Virus record (IMG/VR): IMGVR_UViG_3300028591_000071
Reading direction: 5' to 3' (one strand)
DNA from: a virus
Lineage: Duplodnaviria; Caudoviricetes
DNA: 64,000 nucleotides
Part shown: positions 10,530 to 19,117 of the stretch, one piece after another
Numbering within the stretch: the stretch's first letter is position 1
Layout of the letters: every line of letters begins with the position of its first letter
Notes under the pieces: generated by a model
Told to the model about the DNA's origin: nothing
Database searches by the model: none
Seen by the model: the letters and a program-made list of their open reading frames with translations, nothing else
Program-made: the position numbers and the translations under genes

Positions 10530-10597
10530 GAAATCATTTTTCAGAGTGTATTTTGCAGATACCCATAAACTTTGTTTGAAATTTGCTGTCTGATTTC
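10530..10597 (-). ncRNA. Y-RNA-like module carrying a Cys(GCA) anticodon arm
   Basis: GAAATCA/TGATTTC terminal stem, GACAGCAA, GTAT-CTGCAAA-ATAC. Confidence 0.6.
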
Positions 10598-10659
10598 AAG
10601 ACCCAAGCAAGTTAGGTTCAGGGTTCCTGGTTTGGTGGCCGTATTGTGAACCCTTGTTG

Positions 10660-10733
10660 TGGTCGGAGTGACAAGACTCGAACCTATAATTTATCTTTCA
10701 GAGAGACATGTGTTACCATTACACCATGCCCCA
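10660..10733 (-). pseudogene. degenerate/chimeric tRNA (CTG loop, Pro-like 3' end)
   Basis: Mismatched acceptor and T stem; immediately downstream of an endonuclease gene. Confidence 0.55.
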
Positions 10734-10738
10734 AAATG

Positions 10739-11548
10739 TTAAAGTGTCTTATAAAATTCCAAAAAATCGTTTATTTTCTGTCTCATTTTGGCTTTACCAT
10801 CTTCTGTGTTTATTGTATTCCACTCAACGCGATAAACAATAAATCCATTTTCTTTAAGAAAAAAATCTCTTTCTTTATCGTGCTCAACTCTTTCTTTGTG
10901 TTGCTTTCCATCAATTTCTAAATCAATTTTTTTATCACCTTTTGTAATCAAAAAATCAAGAAAATATTTCTTTGTTGAAAAATCTTCTGAAACGAAATCG
11001 ATTGAGTTACCATTAAGGACTCCCTCCCAAAATATTTCCGGATAAGAGCGAACATTCCTCGTTTTCCATCCCGAAAAAGTGCCATCAGAAATCCTTTGAT
11101 ATGCCCTTTCTTTGATTTTTAATTTTGTTTCTTCGCTATCATGAGAACACTTAACAGAACAAAATTTTCTATTATTTCTATTTGATGTGAATTCTTTACC
11201 ACAATTTTCACAAATGAAAGTGTGTTTTATTCTCCCCTTTTTTAACGAATTAGATATTTTTTCTTTTGTTTTGTCGCTTAACGTTCTCCGCTTATTATTA
11301 TATTTTGCTGCACATGAAGAATTGCAAAATTTTTTACCTGTTTCTACGGGAGCTCCACACTCAAGACAAAAATGTTGATTGTTCTTTTTAATGTTTTCAA
11401 TAATATCTAAATCATATACACGATTACAATAGTTGATAATATCTTTTTTTACACGGCCATTTGTATAATTTATCCCGTATAAAAGACGCGCACAATCAAC
11501 CAAAGTTTTACATTCTAAAAGTGTTTCTAGCTCGTTCTTATTTTCCAT
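10739..11548 (-). CDS. free-standing homing endonuclease, DUF559/EDxHD (Vsr-like) with zinc fingers and NUMOD3-like motif
   Basis: YFLDF...LEIDGKQH...DKERD; CxxC repeats; AT-rich island in the tRNA array. Confidence 0.8.
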   Translation of the reverse strand: MENKNELETLLECKTLVDCARLLYGINYTNGRVKKDIINYCNRVYDLDIIENIKKNNQHFCLECGAPVETGKKFCNSSCAAKYNNKRRTLSDKTKEKISNSLKKGRIKHTFICENCGKEFTSNRNNRKFCSVKCSHDSEETKLKIKERAYQRISDGTFSGWKTRNVRSYPEIFWEGVLNGNSIDFVSEDFSTKKYFLDFLITKGDKKIDLEIDGKQHKERVEHDKERDFFLKENGFIVYRVEWNTINTEDGKAKMRQKINDFLEFYKTL

Positions 11549-11611
11549 TTATCTTTTTATTATAAATAGTAAATTAGTCGAAAAAAGTCAAGTCGAACTT
11601 AAAAAAATATG

Positions 11612-11686
11612 TCGGGAAGGTGAGATTCGAACTCACGAATGTCCGGTTCCCAAAACCGGCCGCTTAGACCGCTGGCGCACTTCCCG
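11612..11686 (-). tRNA. tRNA-Pro(TGG)
   Basis: CCGGT-TTTGGGA-ACCGG. Confidence 0.93.
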
Positions 11687-11762
11687 ATATTTAATAGGGC
11701 TTCAGCGTTTCACTCATTCCGCCTTCATTATTGTGAACTCCTGAGTTGGAATACCCTATTTG

Positions 11763-11834
11763 TGGAGCCGAAGGGACTCGAACCCTCAATCCCCAGAATG
11801 CAAATCTGGTGCGTTACCATTACGCCACAGCCCC
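11763..11834 (-). tRNA. tRNA-Ala(TGC)
   Basis: G3:U70, loop TTTGCAT. Confidence 0.93.
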
Positions 11835-12032
11835 AATAATGTGATTTTTGAGAATTTTGCCTCTTCCCCATTTCTCATTTCGTTAACCTTTCGTAATGTG
11901 CCCTCGGCGTTCACATGCCTACTACTAAACCCTAGTTTTAAGGAGTAGCGCTAAATCTCCCTTAGCCACTTTCTTTCAGTAGTCTATGACCTTGCTACAC
12001 ATGTTTAAAGACCATGCAGTCTATAATTCAAC

Positions 12033-12096
12033 GGAAAACAATTTAAACTTGTCTGATTTTGAGTCGGATGTTCTTAAATTTTGCTGTCTGTTTTCC
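12033..12096 (-). ncRNA. Y-RNA-like module carrying a Leu(CAA) anticodon arm
   Basis: GGAAAACA/TGTTTTCC, GACAGCAA, TCCGA-CTCAAAA-TCAGA. Confidence 0.6.
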
Positions 12097-12120
12097 TTTT
12101 TACCTTGCCAGGTCGAGTAG

Positions 12121-12199
12121 AAGCGGGGGTAGGATTCGAACCGTTTGAGACGACCTCCTGCTTATGAGACAGGCGAGCTGACCACTGCTCCACCCCGCA
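12121..12199 (-). tRNA. tRNA-Met(CAT), initiator-like but with defective T stem
   Basis: 1:72 mismatch, loop CTCATAA; T stem AACGG/CCTAC poorly paired. Confidence 0.6.
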
Positions 12200-12207
12200 A
12201 TATTTTG

Positions 12208-12322
12208 CTACGATAGTAGGATTCGAACCTACATTATGAACTGAATCATCCACTTTTACGGGGAACACCTTCCTCCCTCTCCCTTATCAGGCGTCGGTAT
12301 TCCAATTCCCGACCATATCGTA
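12208..12322 (-). ncRNA. tRNA-like RNA with non-canonical anticodon region
   Basis: TACGATA/TATCGTA acceptor, D-like and perfect T arm, purine-rich insert. Confidence 0.55.
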
Positions 12323-12362
12323 GTGTTTGCCCGTCTTTCCGGGCCGCCTTTAATTTGTTGGG

Positions 12363-12968
12363 TTACTTAACCACCTCGACCTTCTCGAAGTCAAAAACAG
12401 GATTGGTGTCAGTGACATCACCGGTTACTGCATCAACATAGAGTTGTGCTTCTGTGTTTCCGAAAATGTACTGAGGGTTAACACCCGGTTTCGGACCGAC
12501 TTCCTTACGCAAAACAACCTGCTTTGAATGTGGCTTTGGATAGTTAGCCATATACATACGCCCCATTGCATCAGCAAAAGTCAATACAATCTGTGCCTTG
12601 TCAAGAGGCATATCCTCAATCACAAAAGTGTCGATTGGGTCAGGCATCACATCCTCCACTCCAAGTTCGTGGGTGAACACATAGACCTTGGTATCAATAC
12701 CGGTTGAGTCCTTCTTAATCTCCTGAAAAACCGATGCAACCTTCGAAACTACGAAGGTGGTATCCTCATCAAAGAAATTATCATACTCAACACTTGTCTC
12801 ATACCAAACATAGTCAGCGGAATCTGCGACTGCGATTTCAGCCACCTTGACGCTGTCTACTGCGATGGTCTTCTCGGGAACCAATATGTTATTGTCCCTT
12901 GTGCATTTGCAAGAAGCGAGTCCTGCAACGACGGCCATAGCCGCCAAGAAATAAATTACTTTCTTCAT
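12363..12968 (-). CDS. lipoprotein (PepSY-like C-terminus)
   Basis: MKK + hydrophobic + LASC lipobox; LYVDAVTGDV. Confidence 0.8.
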   Translation of the reverse strand: MKKVIYFLAAMAVVAGLASCKCTRDNNILVPEKTIAVDSVKVAEIAVADSADYVWYETSVEYDNFFDEDTTFVVSKVASVFQEIKKDSTGIDTKVYVFTHELGVEDVMPDPIDTFVIEDMPLDKAQIVLTFADAMGRMYMANYPKPHSKQVVLRKEVGPKPGVNPQYIFGNTEAQLYVDAVTGDVTDTNPVFDFEKVEVVK

Positions 12969-13036
12969 ACTTTTAATTGTTTATAAAATTATGTTTTGCA
13001 AATATACATAAATATATTGAAAAAAACAAATTTTTG

Positions 13037-13108
13037 TAGCCGGTAGCAGAATCGAACTGCTCTTCCAAGAATGAAAATCTTGTGTCCTCACCGATAGACG
13101 AACCGGCC
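13037..13108 (-). tRNA. tRNA-Glu(TTC)
   Basis: CAAGA-TTTTCAT-TCTTG. Confidence 0.93.
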
Positions 13109-13113
13109 ATATC

Positions 13114-13248
13114 AGGAACCCTTTGCCTTCACATTGGACTCGAACCATTATCTCCCGATTTCTCGGACATGCTAACCGATTGCACCATCTGACCTGAAGG
13201 ACTTAAGTGGCGGTCAAAAAATGTTTCTTACCCTGCTGCAAGGTTCCT
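13114..13248 (-). ncRNA. Y-RNA-like module enclosing an anticodon-less tRNA fold
   Basis: AGGAACCT/GGGTTCCT, GCAGCAG, D arm, GAAA-capped arm, T arm. Confidence 0.6.
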
Positions 13249-13282
13249 TATCTTTCTCAGTTAAGATATAACTGTATGTTGC

Positions 13283-13373
13283 AGGAAGCGATTGAGTTTG
13301 CAGACTCGAACTGCATAGTTTTTAATTGGAAGTAAAAAACATTATCCTGATTCAAACTTGCTGTATGCTTCCT
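13283..13373 (-). ncRNA. Y-RNA-like module with anticodon-like and T arms
   Basis: AGGAAGC/GCTTCCT, TACAGCAA, TGCAG-TTCGAGT-CTGCA. Confidence 0.65.
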
Positions 13374-13387
13374 TCATATAAGTCTAC

Positions 13388-13483
13388 AGGGAACATTAGT
13401 GCCTCCATTGGCTTTATCCAAATTTTTGGCGGATAAAAAGAGAATCGAACTCATAATTGTTTAAAAATTGCTGTAAGTTCCCT
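13388..13483 (-). ncRNA. YrlA-like circularly permuted tRNA mimic
   Basis: AGGGAAC/GTTCCCT, TACAGCAA, then T arm, loop-closed acceptor stem, D arm in that order. Confidence 0.75.
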
Positions 13484-13492
13484 TGAACTGAG

Positions 13493-13565
13493 CGGTGCGT
13501 AGGGGACTCGAACCCCTGAGCCCCTGAGTGACAGTCAGGGATGATAACCACTTCACTAACGCACC
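13493..13565 (-). tRNA. tRNA-Asp(GTC)
   Basis: CCTGA-CTGTCAC-TCAGG, G73. Confidence 0.95.
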
Positions 13566-13682
13566 GTAAATAATCCCCCGTTATCGCCGGAGGATATCCC
13601 ACGCTACTTTACCTATAAGTAGTAACTACGAACTCGATAACGGATTAGTCGCCTCCGTCAGGTTTATCATGATTTGCCTGAG

Positions 13683-13753
13683 AGCGGGTAAGCAGAATCG
13701 AACTGCCGTATCCAGAATGGGAATCTGGTGTACTACCACTGTACTATACCCGC
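13683..13753 (-). tRNA. tRNA-Gly(CCC)
   Basis: GCG acceptor, U73, loop TTCCCAT. Confidence 0.93.
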
Positions 13754-13874
13754 AAAGTGCCTTTTTAGACCAACCCCTGAAGGCTAACAGTGCCAACCTA
13801 CGATTTGGAGGAAAGTAAGCATTCTTGAAGAGGCCTTCCCATCTTCGTTCCCGCTGCAGTCGGGCCAATAAAAT

Positions 13875-14440
13875 TGCAGAAAACCCGTTAAAAACTGCAT
13901 TTCCCGAATTTCTTTTTATCCGATTACTCAGATATTATTACCTACGCTCTTGCTGTTCCCCCCGTTACTGAGGGCTTTCGGGTAGTCAGACATCATGTAA
14001 CGCAGTGTCTGACAATGGATTTTGTTTAACACTTTTTCGGTTGAGTGATAACCGTATCGTGCCCGCCAGTATCGCAGCGCGGTCCCCTCGTCCGGTTCCA
14101 ACGGAAGGTTTCTGCTTTCAGGCTAGCACTTACTTGCATAATACCCAAATATTCGCTATGCTTTCACGGATTTGCATTAACCGTATGACTGGGGTTTTTG
14201 TATCGCACATCCCCCTAGTGCGTCCGAATCTCACGGAAGCCTTACTATCGCGAATAAAGTCAACTTAAGGCTACTACCAAGGTGACTTGCGGCGCGTGGC
14301 GTCCCATCGTTACTACCGCAATGCGCTTGGTTTATATTCCGCCCTTTTTTGGGAAACCACCGCGTTGAGGAGTCGAACACTCGCCGCTTGGGGATTCGAA
14401 CCACCGCCCAAAGGGACCCTACTACCGTTCGGGATTTTGC
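13875..14440 (-). ncRNA. candidate large ornate ncRNA (~565 nt)
   Basis: No credible ORF; end complementarity GCAAAATCCCG/CGGGTTTTCTGC; many hairpins and T-loops. Confidence 0.55.
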
Positions 14441-14590
14441 TAAATTAAGAGCCATATAAGATTTGCAACTCTTATATGTTGTTACTTGATGTGCTTGTCA
14501 ATCTTTACACCATTTCCCGATAAGAGACCTTGCCCAACCATTTAACCGGTGTCTTTGGGATGGAGGGCTCACCTTCCAGTATCTCTTTTG

Positions 14591-14689
14591 CGAACCTAAG
14601 AGGACTCGAACCTCTCATCTTTGCCTTCGGGCAATGTTTTAACCACTCTCCACAAGGAAATTTCATCCTTGCTTCACCACTATAGGTTC
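14591..14689 (-). ncRNA. anticodon-less tRNA-like RNA
   Basis: GAACCTA/TAGGTTC, T arm, anticodon arm replaced by TTGCC-CGAA-GGCAA. Confidence 0.6.
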
Positions 14690-14751
14690 TGACACCTTCT
14701 TTCCTATGGCCTTTAACGCGTATCATATACCATCATACTTAAAGTTGTTTG

Positions 14752-14913
14752 TGGGCGATAATGGAGTCGAACCATTGACCCCCTGCTTGTGTTGGTAGAT
14801 TACGCTTCGAACGTAAACAACATAAGCGCGTTTTCTCCCGTTCTACCAAAAACCCGTCACAGTGGGTTAATCTGTAGAAGGCAGGTGCTCTGAACCAACT
14901 GAGCTAATCGCCC
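14752..14913 (-). tRNA. tRNA-Val(TAC) with 87-nt insert (14791-14877)
   Basis: Exons join as CCTGC-CTT^ACAA-GCAGG. Confidence 0.85.
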
Positions 14914-15090
14914 TAATTCCCGCGTTTGTTGGCCGCGGGAGGCCTCGATAGACGCTTTGCGCGATGGCCCCGTTCATCCCATCATTTATATCGGGGTTTA
15001 GTGTTAACGCAATGCGCTCTTTTAAGTCCCGAAGGACTACCGCATTTACGGTAATGCGGTCAACCAATTAACCACTCTTCGAGTGATATG

Positions 15091-15267
15091 CGGGCACAGT
15101 AGGACTCGAACCTACAACCTACGGATTAGGCATACTATTCAGAATCGAACTGAAATCACTACTGCCACGGCTTCGGGTCCTCGCCATTAGACGATAGTAT
15201 GCTTAAGTTCATTTTCGGCGAACTATTCCTTATACAGTCCGTTGCTCTACCATTGAGCTATGTGCCC
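15091..15267 (-). tRNA. tRNA-Asn(GTT) with 105-nt insert (15129-15233)
   Basis: Exons join as ACGGA-CTGT^TAA-TCCGT, G73. Confidence 0.85.
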
Positions 15268-15418
15268 TTGTTAATAAAAAGCCATTTAATCGCCTGTTGG
15301 ATTCAATACTCGGCGGAGCTAACAATACTTTAAGTCACCATAATGAGTTACCTACCAACTTACTCCCGGTAAAATCCGGGGCTTCATTCCTAAAAGCCTA
15401 GACGATTGTGGCTTATTG

Positions 15419-15499
15419 TGGGCTCGGTGGGACTCGAACCCACACCCCCGAAGGGACCAGCTCCTAAGGCTGGCGTGTCTACCATTCCACCACGAGCCC
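15419..15499 (-). tRNA. tRNA-Leu(TAG)
   Basis: CCAGC-CTTAGGA-GCTGG, variable arm. Confidence 0.95.
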
Positions 15500-15614
15500 A
15501 TTTTGGCCACGGGGACTTATGACCACGGTCAATTAACCCATCAACTATTGACCTTTCCTACTCATGGGCTGTTGGGCGTCTCCACTTTCGGCGTTTTCTC
15601 TGCGTTCCCCTTTG

Positions 15615-15687
15615 TACTCCTATCGGGAGTCGAACCCGAATCCCCGGACTGAGAATCCGGTCGCCTAAACCATTAGCAGATAGGAGC
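15615..15687 (-). tRNA. tRNA-Glu(CTC)
   Basis: CCGGA-TTCTCAG-TCCGG. Confidence 0.93.
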
Positions 15688-15807
15688 ATAAATTGCAGAA
15701 ACCCGTAAACTGCCGTATCATTTACCAGTACGAAACCTATTCTGCCATAGGCGATACTTTTATCCGAATCTGTGCAGACCATTGATTCGGAAGGGTCGTT
15801 TTTATAG

Positions 15808-15871
15808 TTCGTTTACAGGAGTCGAACCTGCACCTCCCGCCTTCGGGCATGCTTCCGCTACACCAAACCGA
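15808..15871 (-). ncRNA. anticodon-less tRNA-like RNA
   Basis: D and T arms, anticodon arm replaced by GCC-CGAA-GGC. Confidence 0.55.
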
Positions 15872-15960
15872 TTTTACGAAGTATCGTCCCTTGATTAACC
15901 CTGCACGGTTATTCTCGGTATTGTCCAACGCCAATTACTCGCATTGTGCAGATGCTTTCG

Positions 15961-16035
15961 TGGAGCGGGTAATCAGAATCGAACTGACATCCCAGGCTTG
16001 GAGGGCCTATGCACTAACCGTTGTGCTATACCCGC
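15961..16035 (-). tRNA. tRNA-Gly(TCC)
   Basis: Loop CCTCCAA (C33), encoded CCA. Confidence 0.92.
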
Positions 16036-16176
16036 TTATAAACACATACCCTCAAGGGTTTTGAAATTTAAACTATGTACCCACATCGGGCCCACCTCCG
16101 ATTCTCACGGCGAACTTTTGAGGTTAAGTCACGGGAAGTTATTCCCACCGACATATATGTGTATCTTTTCTTTATG

Positions 16177-16248
16177 AGCCTCTTGACAGAATCGAACTGT
16201 CATCTAGGCGTTACGAATGCCTTATAATAACCGTTATACTAAAGAGGC
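16177..16248 (-). tRNA. tRNA-Thr(CGT)
   Basis: Loop TTCGTAA. Confidence 0.9.
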
Positions 16249-16258
16249 GATTCTTTTG

Positions 16259-16331
16259 AGCCGGAGACAGGAGTCGAACCTGCAACCCCCTGATTACAAG
16301 TCAGGTGCTCTACCATTAAAGCTACTCCGGC
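16259..16331 (-). tRNA. tRNA-Thr(TGT)
   Basis: CCTGA-CTTGTAA-TCAGG. Confidence 0.95.
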
Positions 16332-16335
16332 AAAA

Positions 16336-16990
16336 TCCCACATATTCTCCGCCCGTGGGGAGGCTCCTTGCACCCCTATTTATTAGTCGCCCGCCATAAT
16401 TGCGACACCATACAGTACTGTTGATAGGTAAAAGTCTGTGGTTCAGTGCCCTTATTACCGCCTTACCCCCTGAATGATTGGAACATTTCTGTCGTGCTGC
16501 CTATACGGGGCTTACGCCCACCTGGGGTACATCATCGAAACGAAATCTTGCGCAAGTTACCATCTAGCGGAAGATGCGGAATATCAGCCCGCCCCAACTA
16601 ATTGGTAATTTCATCTCGTGAACGAACCGGGGAGGATAACTTTCATTTGCAACCCGGCTCTTAGCCCGCCAATCTTTTTACCACAGTAAGAAAAGTGCCA
16701 TACTACATCGCTGCGACTGAGGAACCTCGGCTTCACGAGGATTGCATGACCATTGGGATTTCTCCTTTACATGGTTTTACCACTCTGTTGGCAGGGCGCT
16801 TCAATTGTGGTTTATGAATTATATCCACAATCTCAAGGTTCATGAGCAGCCTGACATTAATTATTCGCGCGGTCAGTTTCATATCTTGGCAGACTTGCGA
16901 TTAAGCAACATTTAAGTATCTCTCCTCGGTCAACCACCAAGTTTCCTCATTACTACTTGGCAAGGTCCTACCCTAAAATAGGACGCGGCA
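16336..16990 (-). ncRNA. candidate large ornate ncRNA (~650 nt)
   Basis: GC-rich gap without a credible ORF between tRNA genes, many local hairpins. Confidence 0.5.
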
Positions 16991-17005
16991 CTTTATAAAT
17001 TTAAC

Positions 17006-17060
17006 AGGAAACGGTTTTCAGAATATTAAAAGTCCTTGAAAAAATTGCTGTCTGTTTCCT
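17006..17060 (-). ncRNA. minimal Y-RNA-like module with a Lys-like CTTTTAA loop sequence
   Basis: AGGAAAC/GTTTCCT, GACAGCAA. Confidence 0.55.
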
Positions 17061-17081
17061 TAATTGTAACTCAATTTCGTG

Positions 17082-17792
17082 TGGCCCAGGCGGGACTCGA
17101 ACCCGCACGGCCCTTTCGGGCCAAGGGATTTTCGTACCACTATAGCTTTCGCTACCAATTAGTCTGTAGTGCTCGCAGTGCGGCAACCTCAGGATTTACA
17201 ATCACAATTCCCGGTGGGAAGATACACCTTCTTATACTAATTGTTTGTGGTCTGGACTGTATCTTAACCATATTGAAATCTTGCAAGATATCTATTGCGG
17301 AAGTTACGGATTCGAACCGCCTATAAGCCATTTCTCCGGTTTCACCAGTGCATACAATACAATAGATAATTTCAACTTAGGTTCCTCCTGTATCTCGTCT
17401 CTACACACTGTCTAAAAATTGCTGCGTTCATTTCCTTAAATTTAACAGCACCCACTCACGGGCTTAAGGCTGCAATTTTATAACATTGGCTCGGTATTGG
17501 CTTGACTCATTAGGCAAGCAACTTTAATGACGTACTCTGCTCTATTTCATCAGAGATATTCAACCTAATAAATTTTAGCTTTCACCGAATTAGGGAGGTT
17601 CTGCATCCAAGGTTTCCCTTGGTGCACTCAAATTTTACTTAATAAGTGAGAAATATCACAGGTTGCGTACCTTATTACGTTGGACTTTCACCAACCTCCT
17701 GCCTAGCTCAACATCCCGTCGAATGCGTATCGCAATATTTCCCTTTAAGTAACGTTAAAGTCCCTTGCGTCTACCAATTCCGCCACTGGGCC
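17082..17792 (-). tRNA. tRNA-Leu(TAA), intron-containing
   Basis: Exons join as AGGGA-CTT^AAAA-TCCCT. Confidence 0.92.
17133..17757 (-). mobile_element. group I intron (625 nt, no ORF)
   Basis: Preceded by U, ends in G; P AATTCGGTGAA, Q AATACCGAGCC, R GTGTAGAGAC, S AAGATACAGTCC; same site as cyanobacterial/plastid trnL(UAA) introns. Confidence 0.9.
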
Positions 17793-17800
17793 ATTATTTG

Positions 17801-17918
17801 CAACCATGACAGGACTCGAACCTGCGACACGCGGATTATCAGTCAATAAACATTGCTGTAAATTTCCATAACCTGTAAACATAAAAGTACGCCGCTCTAC
17901 CCTCTGAGCTACATGGTC
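17801..17918 (-). ncRNA. tRNA(GAT)-derived RNA with 45-nt hairpin+ACAGCAA insert in the anticodon stem
   Basis: Removing 17845-17889 restores GCGGA-CTGATAA-TCCGC. Confidence 0.7.
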
Positions 17919-17953
17919 ACCGTTAACTTAAAACATAATCCTTCGATTATTTG

Positions 17954-18041
17954 CGGAGAAGGCCGGATTCGAACCGACGGGGCGCTCATCACGCCCGCAT
18001 GTTTTCAAGACATGTGCAATAAACCACTCTGCCACTTCTCC
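17954..18041 (-). tRNA. tRNA-Ser(TGA)
   Basis: CATGT-CTTGAAA-ACATG, long variable arm. Confidence 0.95.
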
Positions 18042-18820
18042 TTATTCATTTTGCGCCCTTTTGACCATCCTTTGTTGAGAAAAATATTGATGTCTTCTTT
18101 TTTGATTTTCTTGTTTTCAACTCCATTGGTTATCCAACAAGTTCCAAATTGGCTATTCTTTTCTCCTGATTGGTCATTATTAGCTTTATGTGTTTTTGAC
18201 ATTTTATCTTTTGTCTCTTGAGTGTGCTTCCTACCCCTCCAAAAAGGAATTAAATCACCATTAATGTATCGTTCATCATCAAAAGAAACTCTAGTGGCCA
18301 TCCCGTTTTTATCCTTAACAATGATGGTCCCATTACACACATGTATGTATTTATCATTATTGGACGAATAATCTTCTTTTTCAACCAATTTAAAAGAACA
18401 TGATTGTTTATCATAAACAGGAACCATTCCTTTTGAAACTGGTATTAGTTCTCCGCTTTCTAATCTCTTGTCATTCGGCAAAACTCTCAAGAATTTTGAA
18501 CTATAATCCTTAACTAAAATTGTTCCAACTGTTGTTCCAAAATCTCCGCCAATCTTCATATTATAACAATTTTCATCAAGAACACAAGATTCTGTAACCA
18601 TTTCGGATTCATATTCTGACGCAAGTTCTCGGCTTTTAAAATATTTTATGATTGTTTTTACGAAATTTTCTTTTCCGTAAATTTTATAATCACGATTCAA
18701 ATTCTTTCCAGAACCCATATACCCATCGTCAAGATTATTGGTAGAATGAATGCCGTAATAATATTTTCCGTTAATGATGTTTTCTATTCTATAGAAATAA
18801 TGATACTTATACTTTCCCAT
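18005..18820 (-). CDS. GIY-YIG (Seg-like) homing endonuclease with NUMOD3
   Basis: YFYRIEN..NGKYYYGIH..DGYMGSG..ENF..E..YN; GRKHTQETKDKMS. Confidence 0.9.
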   Translation of the reverse strand: MGKYKYHYFYRIENIINGKYYYGIHSTNNLDDGYMGSGKNLNRDYKIYGKENFVKTIIKYFKSRELASEYESEMVTESCVLDENCYNMKIGGDFGTTVGTILVKDYSSKFLRVLPNDKRLESGELIPVSKGMVPVYDKQSCSFKLVEKEDYSSNNDKYIHVCNGTIIVKDKNGMATRVSFDDERYINGDLIPFWRGRKHTQETKDKMSKTHKANNDQSGEKNSQFGTCWITNGVENKKIKKEDINIFLNKGWSKGRKMNKEKWQSGLLHMS

Positions 18821-18879
18821 ATGTTCGAATTACTATATATAAATAGTATCGAACAGGTGAAAAGTCAAATATTTTTTTG

Positions 18880-18963
18880 CGGAAGCCTGAGGTGTCGAGC
18901 CCCATGCCATGTGGCACGCATCGCTTTCGAGGCGAGCCAAGAAGCCGTTCTTGTTAGACTTCC
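18880..18963 (-). tRNA. tRNA-Ser(CGA)
   Basis: Loop CTCGAAA, variable arm, atypical D/T loops. Confidence 0.8.
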
Positions 18964-19117
18964 GTTTTATCCGCATTCCATATCACATTTCGTGCAGATT
19001 ATAATAGTTTCACAATATGTCAAAGACCTTCAAGTGTTTATGCAAATATACATAGTTTGTTTTGCAAAAACAAATGTTTTTAATCACTTTTTGTCTATTT
19101 ATCTTAAGTAGACATAT

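Noticed and set aside
10600-10657. Theta/HDV-like ribozyme after a tRNA 3' end
   Set aside because: A P1-like GGGTTCA/TGAACCT helix is present but P3/L3, the P1.1 GG and the catalytic J4/2 are not recognisable
11763-11834. tRNA-Cys(GCA)
   Set aside because: Register gives TGC, and G3:U70 marks Ala
13807-13820. RNase P RNA (GGAGGAAAGT)
   Set aside because: Opposite strand to the array and no 3' P4 partner sequence
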